Assembly (NCBI GenBank): GCA_963667175.2
Contig: CAXXXF010000018.1
Coordinates: 96,001 to 160,000 of the forward strand
Origin: Candidatus Latescibacterota bacterium
GTDB lineage: Bacteria; Latescibacterota; UBA2968; GCA-2709665
Direction: 5' to 3'
DNA: 64,000 nucleotides
Numbering within the stretch: position 1 is the first letter of the stretch; the number at the start of each line of letters is the position of its first letter. Positions 39,519-47,961 of this stretch are shown here, piece by piece. The translations under genes were made by a program, and so were the position numbers. The notes under the pieces are model-generated. The model was not told where the DNA came from and ran no database searches. It saw nothing but the letters and a program-made list of their open reading frames with translations.

Positions 39519-39629
39519 TGTTTCATATTGAGATACGCATATCGCATAGTGTTTCATATTGAAATATTAATTGGCGTATCGGTTCAAATTGTGTTATAAT
39601 ATCATCACATATCGTTTCATATTGAGACA
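39519..39629 (+). promoter_or_regulatory. promoter (TTGGCG-18-TATAAT) with three copies of operator YGTTTCATATTGARAYA
   Basis: copies at 39519-39535, 39550-39566, 39613-39629; -35 at 39571, -10 at 39595. Confidence 0.7.
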
Positions 39630-39720
39630 TTCAATACAGGGCCGCTTCTATCCCGCAACGCCCTCCGGGTGTCCCGGATCCGATCAGTCAATTAAGCCAT
39701 AGGCAAGGAGTACCCTCGGG

Positions 39721-41538
39721 ATGAAAATTCGAACGTTACTCGCCTCAGCATACGCGATTCCTGTTGTCGGCCTGCTCGTGCTGGCCGGTTTCTTCGCCAA
39801 CCCGCATCCCGCCCTGGCGCAGACAGATGAACCTTGTCCACTCCCTCCGGGTGTGACGCCTCCTGCGGAACCGCGGGTGACGGCGCAGCAGGTGGAAGAC
39901 GGCAGCGCCAGCCTGAAGGACTTCGCTCTGGCCGCAAGGGATCAATTCAAAGCGCCAAGCATACTCCCGTATCTTTTGTGTGACATCAGGCAGGAGGGGG
40001 GGGCTTACCGTTCCGGTTCCACCTACCTCGCGCAACTGACGATGGACGGCAGGGTGTACGTTCACGCCAAGAGCATGTCATTGTCGGGAAGGCTACTCAA
40101 CCCCGTGATTTATGCGGAGATCCTTTCTGCGCTGGGCGTCTCCCCAACCGTTCTGGCCGATCTGGCTTCTCCCGATCCTGCCGTCGCCGCCCGCACCTTC
40201 GGATCCCTCTATGCCGCATTGGCACAAGACCGGGATGCCCCATTCGATGCGTCCAGCCACATACCGGGCGCCTCTGGCTATGCCACCACCTTTCTCGACC
40301 TGACAGGCGCCCCACTTGTGATGCTCGCGGGATTCGATCTGGACGAATCTCACCTATCCGAAGAAGAAATCGATTACGGCAACCCGGCCGTTACTGCAAG
40401 GGACGTGGTGGACCGCAGCACGCTGAAAGCCTTCGTCTCGGAAGCGGGAAAGTACTTTGGCGAACGCCTGAGGGCCGGCGGTTCAGCCGCGACGCAAGCC
40501 AAGATCGCCCTGCGTGATCCGAACGGCCCCTGGCGACACGGTTCCGTGTACCTCTACATCCTGCTCAGCCACGCCAACATAGTCATGTTTCACGGCGCGT
40601 TTCCAGACAGATTCGAGCTTCAGCCTTTGGTAGGGATTGCCCGAGATGGCGTTACCGGAGAGCTCATTCTGCCACAGGTCCTCGAAGCGGCGAAGAGTAG
40701 CCCGGAAGGCGGCTTCGTGGAATATTTCTACGACGATCCCAACGACGACACAGACCGAGCCGATCTCCCCAAGGTGGGTTACGCCCGCGAGTTTATTGGT
40801 GAATACGGCTTGCCGGACGGAAGCGGAACCCGGGTCGCTTACATCATCGGGTCGGGCTTTTACGGTCGGGCGCCCGAGATTGTCTCGACGGGTCCGAGCA
40901 CGGTCGTGGAGGGCACAGTGGTTGGCGACGCCGTTGAGGGCTTGGACGTGGCGTTTTCCCGTGCCGTAGCCGGCCGCCGGTCCGACTACGCGTGGAGCGC
41001 CGTGACCGATGCTGCCGGCCTGTTTACCCTGACCATCTCCGGCTCGGATGGGCTGGGCGGCTACTATCGGGCCCGGGCCACCAACGCCGCCGGCGAAATC
41101 GTCGGCCAGTGGGCCAGCATCCCTCTGAACGAAGGCCGCCGGCAGGTCCTGGAACTGACGCTGGGCGGCGGCGCGCGGGTCGTCCGCGTCGCATCGTTGG
41201 AATCCGCCGAAGAGCCGGTGGCGGCATCCAAGCCCGCGTTCGCGTCAGAGGCAGTGCCGGAAGCCAGCGGTCTGTCGCCCAATTCGCCCAATCCGTTCAA
41301 CAGCGCCACGCTGATTACCTACCATCTGGCCAGCGCGGGTCCGGTGCGGCTGGTAATTTACAACGTGCTGGGTCAGCCCGTACGGACGCTGGTGGACGGG
41401 TCCCGTGTGGCGGGCAGCTACCAGGTGAAATGGGACGCGCGCGACGAGGGGGGCGTCTCTCTGTCGACGGGGGTCTATATTGCGAGGCTGAGCTATCCTG
41501 GCGGCGCCCAGACGCAGCGGCTGCTCTACCTCAAGTAG
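39721..41538 (+). CDS. secreted double Cache-like domain protein with FlgD-Ig/T9SS-type CTD, paralogue 1
   Basis: signal peptide; LKAFV..GPWRHGSVYLYI..FHG..GGFVEYFY..PKVGY..IIGSGFY (sCache_2-like); NSPNPFN..IYNVLGQ.VRTL..WDARD..GVY. Confidence 0.8.
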   Translation: MKIRTLLASAYAIPVVGLLVLAGFFANPHPALAQTDEPCPLPPGVTPPAEPRVTAQQVEDGSASLKDFALAARDQFKAPSILPYLLCDIRQEGGAYRSGSTYLAQLTMDGRVYVHAKSMSLSGRLLNPVIYAEILSALGVSPTVLADLASPDPAVAARTFGSLYAALAQDRDAPFDASSHIPGASGYATTFLDLTGAPLVMLAGFDLDESHLSEEEIDYGNPAVTARDVVDRSTLKAFVSEAGKYFGERLRAGGSAATQAKIALRDPNGPWRHGSVYLYILLSHANIVMFHGAFPDRFELQPLVGIARDGVTGELILPQVLEAAKSSPEGGFVEYFYDDPNDDTDRADLPKVGYAREFIGEYGLPDGSGTRVAYIIGSGFYGRAPEIVSTGPSTVVEGTVVGDAVEGLDVAFSRAVAGRRSDYAWSAVTDAAGLFTLTISGSDGLGGYYRARATNAAGEIVGQWASIPLNEGRRQVLELTLGGGARVVRVASLESAEEPVAASKPAFASEAVPEASGLSPNSPNPFNSATLITYHLASAGPVRLVIYNVLGQPVRTLVDGSRVAGSYQVKWDARDEGGVSLSTGVYIARLSYPGGAQTQRLLYLK

Positions 41539-41570
41539 CAGGAGTCGGTTGGCGCAGGACGCGTTCGTCC

Positions 41571-41640
41571 GAGAACCCGTCCGGAAACGCTTGATGAGTC
41601 TTGATTACGAGGCTATCAAGGGTTACCGGACGGGTTTTTC
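41571..41640. repeat. short inverted-repeat element, copy 1
   Basis: GAGAACCCGTCCGGAAAC ... GTTACCGGACGGGTTTTTC. Confidence 0.6.
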
Positions 41641-41870
41641 AATTGCATAAGTCGTTTCAACGGGTCCGTACGTAAGGTTCACTTATTCGACAGGTCGCAG
41701 ATTGATGGTAAAGTGATTATCGGTTCGTATTTTTGTTGCAGATCGGATGGAATTTACTTTATATTTAGCTTCTGAAGGTTCGGCCCTGAGTGGTGGACCA
41801 ATGGCTCGGGGAGAAGAGGGTCAGCTGTGGTCGCTTGCGCGACGTCGCCCATCAAGAAAGGATTGCCATC

Positions 41871-43679
41871 ATGTTGAAGGCTCGAACGTTGCTCACTCCG
41901 TCAGGAATGATTCCTGTAGCCGGTCTGCTCGTGCTGGCCGCCGTCTTTGCCAACCCGAATTCGGCTCTGGCACAGACGGATGAAGCCTGCCCGCTCCCGC
42001 CGGGCGTGACGCCTCTTGCGGAACCGCGGGTGACGGCGCAGCAGGTGGAAGACGGCAGCGCTACCTTGAGAGAATTCGGGTTGGAAGCGAGAAACCGGTT
42101 CAGCCGAGGGACGGGTTCTCGTGAACGGCAGTTATACGTGGGTTGTCTCATGAGGCAGGATGGGAGCCATTTGCACTCCGGTTCTACTTATCTTGTGCAG
42201 CTGACGCCTGATGGCAGGGTGTTTATTCACGCGAAGAATATGGCGCTGTCGGGCAGGTTGCTCGATCGCGTGATTTATGGCGCGATTCTTCGGGCACTGG
42301 AAATCAACGTGGCCGGTTTGCAGGATGATCCCGTTGCGATAACGGCCGCCTTCATTGAAGCTGCAGGCAGAGACGGCGGCGAGTTCAACATATCTGATAT
42401 CCCGGGGGCTTCAGGTTATGCAGCTGTTTATTTTTCGAAAAACTTCAGATTCCCTATCGTGATGCTTGCCGGATTCGACCTCAACGAATCCCACCTGGTC
42501 AAGGAAGAAATCGACTATGGTATCCCCGCCGTTACCGCGCGTGACGTGGTGGACCGGGAAACTCTAAAGGCCTTTGTTACGCAAGCAGGTGAGGCCCTTC
42601 TCAATCAGCAGAAGGGCGGTGATCTGGCCGCGACTTCGAAAGCCAGGGTGGCGTTTAGAGACCCGGACGGGCCCTGGAGACACGGTTCCGTCTATATTTA
42701 CATTCTGGATCTCACCACCAATATTGTCCTGTTTCACGGTGTATTTCCGGATTTATTCGAACTGCGGCCTCTGGTGGGGATCGCGCGAGACGGCATTACC
42801 GGAGAGCTTATATTGCCACAGGTGTTAGCAGCAGCAATGAGCGGACCGGAAGGCGGATTCGTGGAGTATTTCTATGACGATCCGACGGACGACACGGACA
42901 GCGCCGACGTACCCAAGGTGGGATACGCCCGTCAGTTTACCGGTGAACGGGTGAGAGAAGACGGTACTGCGCTCACCATCAATTTTGTCGTTGGGTCTGG
43001 TTTTTACAGGCGTGCGCCTGATATCGCCGCGACGGGTCCCCGTACAGTCGTTGGGGCCAAGGTCCTGGGCGACGCCGTGGAGGGGTTGGACGTCGAGTTT
43101 TCGCGGGCCATCGCCGGGCGCCCGTCCAGCTACGACTGGAGCGCCGTCACCAATGCCAATGGCGTTTTGGCCCTGACCATCTCCAGCACGGACGGGGTGA
43201 GCGGCTATTACCGCGCCCGCGCCCGTAACGCCGCCGGCGACGTCGTGGGCCAGTGGCACAGCATTCCCCTCAATCGCAATCAACGCCAGATACTGGAACT
43301 GACGCTGGACGGCGGGATGAGGGTCGTACGGGTCGAACCGCTGGCCGCGGGCAAGCTGGCGATCGCGGCCGAGCCGGTGGCGGCGCCCGAGACAGAGGGC
43401 GCATTCAGCGGTCTGGCGCCCAATTCGCCCAACCCGTTCAACAGCGCCACCGTGATCACGTACCACCTGGCCAGCCCCGGCCCTGTGCAATTGGCGATCT
43501 ACAACGTGCTGGGCCAGCCTGTACGGACCCTGGTGGATGCGTCCCAGGCCGCCGGCGCCTACCAGGTTCGGTGGGATGCGCGCGACGAGGGTGGCGCATC
43601 GCTTTCGACTGGCGTCTATATCGCACGGCTAAGCTATCCTGGCGGCGTGCAGACGCAACGACTGCTGTACCTCAAGTAG
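41871..43679 (+). CDS. secreted double Cache-like domain protein with CTD, paralogue 2
   Basis: same architecture and motifs as paralogue 1; ends QRLLYLK. Confidence 0.8.
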   Translation: MLKARTLLTPSGMIPVAGLLVLAAVFANPNSALAQTDEACPLPPGVTPLAEPRVTAQQVEDGSATLREFGLEARNRFSRGTGSRERQLYVGCLMRQDGSHLHSGSTYLVQLTPDGRVFIHAKNMALSGRLLDRVIYGAILRALEINVAGLQDDPVAITAAFIEAAGRDGGEFNISDIPGASGYAAVYFSKNFRFPIVMLAGFDLNESHLVKEEIDYGIPAVTARDVVDRETLKAFVTQAGEALLNQQKGGDLAATSKARVAFRDPDGPWRHGSVYIYILDLTTNIVLFHGVFPDLFELRPLVGIARDGITGELILPQVLAAAMSGPEGGFVEYFYDDPTDDTDSADVPKVGYARQFTGERVREDGTALTINFVVGSGFYRRAPDIAATGPRTVVGAKVLGDAVEGLDVEFSRAIAGRPSSYDWSAVTNANGVLALTISSTDGVSGYYRARARNAAGDVVGQWHSIPLNRNQRQILELTLDGGMRVVRVEPLAAGKLAIAAEPVAAPETEGAFSGLAPNSPNPFNSATVITYHLASPGPVQLAIYNVLGQPVRTLVDASQAAGAYQVRWDARDEGGASLSTGVYIARLSYPGGVQTQRLLYLK

Positions 43680-43751
43680 CGCCGATCGGAAAGCCGGTCA
43701 GCCAGCCGTGGGCGCGCTTGCGACCTTATCTCAAAGGGGGGGAGAATTGTC

Positions 43752-45608
43752 ATGATGAAGGTTCGAATGCTGTTCACGAAGGCATACGTACATCCCGTTT
43801 TCGGACTGCTCGCACTGGCCGCCGTCGTCTTCGTTTCACATCCCGCCCTGGCGGTCTGTCCGCTCCCTGAGGGCGTGACGCATCCCGATAACCCGACTGT
43901 GACGGCGCTGCAGGTGGAAGACGGAAGCGCTACCGTTGAGGAGTTCGCGCTGGCCGTGAGAGAGCGGTCCAGAGAATATGCCCGGGGATCGGCGACCGCC
44001 GAGCAAGGGGTATACATCGGATGCATCATCAGGGAGGACGACGGGATCTGGCGTTCCGGATCCACGTACATCGTGAGCCTGACGCTCGACGGCAGAGTGT
44101 ACATTCACGCGAAGAACATGGCATTGTCCGGCAGGCTGCTCAACCCGTTGATTTATGGATCAATCCTTTCCGCGCTGGGCGTACCCGTGACCACCCTGAC
44201 CGATATGGCGTCGCCCGACCCTGCCACCTCCGCTCAGGCTTTCGGCGCCGTAATTGCTAAGTTGTCGCAGGAACCGGACGGCGCATTCGACGCGACCACG
44301 CCGATTCCAGGTCTGTCACCGGGTATACCGGGCGCTACGGGCCATGCCGCCGTCTACGTCTCGCCGAATTTGGGGTCTCCGATTGTGCTGCTGATGGGAT
44401 TCGATCTCGACGAATCTCATGTGGTTGAAGAAGAGATCGATCACGGCGACCCTGCCATCACCGCCAGAGACGTGGTGGATCGGGAAAGCTTGAAGGCCTT
44501 CGTCACGCAAGCGGGGAATTTCGTGCTGGAATTCCTGAGTTCCGGCGACGTAGCCGCCAGCTCGAAATTCAGGATCGCCCTGCGGGACCCCGACGGGCCC
44601 TGGAGACACGGTTCCGTGTATCTCTACATCCTGGATATCGCGAGTGACGTCATCCTGTTTCACGCGGTGTTTCCGGACAAATACGAGTATCGGCCGATGA
44701 TACCGACCGTCCTCGACGCCGTGACCGGAGAGTTCATCCTGCCGCGGGTCATCGAGGCGGCGAAAGGCAGCCCCGAAGGCGGCTTTATAGAGTATCATTT
44801 CGACGATCCGACGGACGACACCGACCGCGCCGACGTCCCCAAGGTGGGCTACGCCCGCAAATTCGCCGCGGAAATCCGGAGGCCGGACGGAAGCACAGTC
44901 CCGGCTGACTTCATCATCGGTTCGGGCTTTTACGGTCGGGCAGCCGACATCGCGACCGGTCCCAGCACGGTCGTGGAGGCCACGGTGATGGGCGACGCGG
45001 TCGAGGGGTTGGACGTGGAATTTGCGCGGGCCGTCTCCGGCCGTCAGTCCGACTACGCGTGGCGTACCGTCACCGATGCTGCCGGCCTGTTTACCCTGAC
45101 CATTGCCAGCCAGGACGGGGTGAGGGGATATTATCGGGCTCGCGCCACCAGCGCCGACGGCGAGGTCGTGGGCCGGTGGAGCAGCATACCTCTCAATGAA
45201 GGCCGCCGCCAGGTTCTGGAATTGACGCTGGGCGGCGGCGCGCGGGTCGTCCTTGTCGCGTCGCTGGCTTCCTCCGCCGAAGAGCCGGTAGCGGCGTCCA
45301 AGCCCGCGTTCGCGTCAGAGGCAGTGCCGGAAGCCAGCGGTCTGTCGCCCAATTCGCCCAATCCGTTCAACAGCGCCACGCTGATCACCTACCACCTGGC
45401 CACTCCGGGTCCGGTGCGGCTGGTAATTTACAACGTGCTGGGTCAGCCCGTACGGACGCTGGTGGACGGATCCCGTGCGGCGGGCAGCTACCAGGTGAAG
45501 TGGGACGCGCGCGACGAGGGGGGCGTGTTGCTGTCCACAGGGGTCTACATCGCGCGCCTGAGCTATCCTGGCGGGTCGCAGACCCAGCGGCTGCTCTACC
45601 TCAAGTAG
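43752..45608 (+). CDS. secreted double Cache-like domain protein with CTD, paralogue 3
   Basis: same architecture and motifs; ends QRLLYLK. Confidence 0.8.
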   Translation: MMKVRMLFTKAYVHPVFGLLALAAVVFVSHPALAVCPLPEGVTHPDNPTVTALQVEDGSATVEEFALAVRERSREYARGSATAEQGVYIGCIIREDDGIWRSGSTYIVSLTLDGRVYIHAKNMALSGRLLNPLIYGSILSALGVPVTTLTDMASPDPATSAQAFGAVIAKLSQEPDGAFDATTPIPGLSPGIPGATGHAAVYVSPNLGSPIVLLMGFDLDESHVVEEEIDHGDPAITARDVVDRESLKAFVTQAGNFVLEFLSSGDVAASSKFRIALRDPDGPWRHGSVYLYILDIASDVILFHAVFPDKYEYRPMIPTVLDAVTGEFILPRVIEAAKGSPEGGFIEYHFDDPTDDTDRADVPKVGYARKFAAEIRRPDGSTVPADFIIGSGFYGRAADIATGPSTVVEATVMGDAVEGLDVEFARAVSGRQSDYAWRTVTDAAGLFTLTIASQDGVRGYYRARATSADGEVVGRWSSIPLNEGRRQVLELTLGGGARVVLVASLASSAEEPVAASKPAFASEAVPEASGLSPNSPNPFNSATLITYHLATPGPVRLVIYNVLGQPVRTLVDGSRAAGSYQVKWDARDEGGVLLSTGVYIARLSYPGGSQTQRLLYLK

Positions 45609-45639
45609 CGAGAAACGGTTGCGCAGGACGCGTTCGCCT

Positions 45640-45707
45640 GAGAACCCGTCTGGAAATACCCGTTACGCCTTGACCACGAGGCTCGCGGGGTTTTCAGACG
45701 GGTTCTC
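45640..45707. repeat. short inverted-repeat element, copy 2
   Basis: GAGAACCCGTCTGGAAA ... TTTTCAGACGGGTTCTC. Confidence 0.65.
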
Positions 45708-45890
45708 TTTTCGAATCAGGGAGTTCGGCAGCTTCTTCTTCCGCTAACTGACAGTTCATGGTACATTGCGAACCTCGTCCGCGTGGGATTGGGTTTGACT
45801 TTTCTCATTTCGGGTTGCCCTCTGACATTCAGACGCGCCGGCTTGCGGCGATGGCCGCGTCGCACAGCATCAGTTCCTCAGGAGACTCCA

Positions 45891-46957
45891 ATGGGTGATC
45901 CGGTGGTTCTGCTCCGTGATGGAGGGGTGAAATTTCATGTGTTTCGGGGAAGCCCCACAGAGATGGGCAGCGCTCACGGTTCTCTGGATCCGGCCTTCGT
46001 GCGCACGCGGCTCGTCGAATGGTTGACGTGGCCTCATGATTTCGATCATCCTTACTTTCGGAAGAACATGGCGTTCATGCGACGAGAGTTTCCGGACTTT
46101 ATGGAACGGATGCAGGCGTACGGCGCGGCGGCGGGCATCACTTCTGCGTGGTTCACACGTCTGTCAACAACGCCGGTCTGCTGACAGGATGGGCGTCGGG
46201 GGCGCCCAAGTTTCACTGGCCCGACAATCCGGAACACGTCAATCTCTTTCAGATCACGGGGCTCGTGCCCCAGCATTGCGGCGACTGCGAGGACGTCCGG
46301 CGCTTTCTCACCGAATACCGGATTTCCGGCCTTAACAGCCCATTGAAAAAGTCCATCCGGGCTGCGTCCGGCCCCTATGGCCGAAATACGGCGTTGCCTG
46401 CCTGCAGCAGGCAGGCGCTCCCTCCCCGAATCCAGGGATTCGCGTCGGTCGCGCGTCTTGTCTTCGGCCACAATGACTCGGCCTCGCCTGCAGAGCGACT
46501 TTTTCAACGGACCGTTAAGGGCCTGACAGGTACTGCCGTGGACGCCCGGGGGAATATCCTGGGGTTCGAACTCGAATCGGGAAATATCGCGTTTCGCGAG
46601 CCCGAAGACGACGTGGTGCTGGAGGTGAACCACTGGCAGCACCCGCATTTGCAGCGCCCCGCCCGGGAACGTCAACCGGAATTCTGGACGAGCCCGTATT
46701 TCTACAACTCTCAGAATCGCGTGCAGTACGTGGATTATCATCGGGAGACCTTCAAGCAGATGCGCACCATGGAAGACCTGATCGACTTTTCGTTCGACGT
46801 GCACGCTCCCGGGCGAATCCTGCAGATGCCCGGCGCCAGCATCGCGGACTGGATGACGTCGCATGCGATCTTCCTGACCGCCGCCGACCGGAGAATGCGC
46901 GTACACCCGTTCCCGCTCGCCAAAGACAGGTACACGGAAGTCGCCTATCGCGAGTGA
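45891..46957 (+). pseudogene. C45-family hydrolase pseudogene (internal deletion/frameshift plus MITE insertion)
   Basis: N-part RGSPTEMG..HG...EFPDFMERM and C-part VNNAGL..EVNHW lie in different frames joined near 46145; catalytic Cys segment absent. Confidence 0.65.
46336..46514. mobile_element. 179-bp MITE with TTAA target duplication
   Basis: TIRs CAGCCCATTGAAAAAGTC / GACTTTTTCAACGGACCG (15/18); TTAA at 46332 and 46515. Confidence 0.8.
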
Positions 46958-47055
46958 CCGGAAATCCGCTGCCATCGGGGCCTTCCCGCTCCTGAAATCC
47001 TGAATCCGGGGTCCGCCTTCAGGAAGGTGGAAGCCCAGAACCGGAGCCTTTCAAC

Positions 47056-47929
47056 ATGCGTGAGATCCGACGCCTCGCCCACCTGCATATTCCGGAAGAT
47101 TGGGAACCGGATGAAATCGTCCCTGAAGTCCGGAAATTGGGCTTCACGGACCTGTATTTCTTCGTGAACAAGGTGGAATCCGGCGTCGATATCGGGGGCC
47201 TTCGGCTGTCGACGGCGATGGAGGTGGGGAGGCTGGCCGAAAAAGAGGGGATGGGTGTGCTCGTGAATACGGGGTATATGAAATATCGCGAGCAGGTCGT
47301 GCTTGCCCATCCGGAGCGGCGGATGGTGCTCAGAGACGACGGCACGGGGGACCGGCGCCGGGAAACCCGCTCGGGTCGGTCGCGTCGAAGGGGAGGTGTG
47401 GGCGACCCTCGTGGATGCCGATGGCCGCGACACGGGCGCGCCCGGCCTGGTGTCGAGTCTCGTGGGTGATGGCAGATACGTCTATCTGGCGGGCGACCCC
47501 GTGGTCCATCACCGCGAACCCGGGTACGAGCCCCTGGTCATGCTTCCCAACCAGACTCGACGGTTGATCGGAAATGTGATCAGACTCCTGGCGAGCAGCC
47601 CGCCCTGGATCGAAGTGGAGGATTTTCCGCCGGTAACGGCGTACCAGCGCCTTCGGAACTGGGACCGGCGCGGGATCAATACGTTTCAGTTCCTCCCCCA
47701 GGCGGGTCCACGCTACGCGATCTCAATTCTCGCGTCCTACGTCGGCGCGGAGGCGACCGTTCCGATCCGGTTCCGAATTCCCGCCGGAAAACGGCTTTCG
47801 CGGATCTTCAACGGTCTGACGGACGAATCCTATATGGCGGAAGCGTCGGTCGATTCGGAATCGGTCCGATATCGTCTCAGGATCACCCACGCGGACGGCG
47901 TCATCCCCGTGGTGGTGGAATGGGTGTGA
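47056..47929 (+). pseudogene. internally deleted glycoside-hydrolase-like gene
   Basis: TIM-barrel-like N-part (RKLGFTDLYF..EGMGVLV..HPE) and a C-part in another frame (PGLVSSLVGDGRYVYL) meeting near 47350. Confidence 0.45.
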
Positions 47930-47961
47930 CACGGTTTCGAAGTGAAGAGACTGGATGAGGG

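Noticed and set aside
39721-45608. Diversity-generating retroelement targets
   Set aside because: No reverse transcriptase, and no template/variable repeat pair with adenine-specific differences was seen
46140-46184. Programmed frameshift or selenocysteine readthrough in the C45-like gene
   Set aside because: No slippery site, and the catalytic segment is missing, so deletion explains it better
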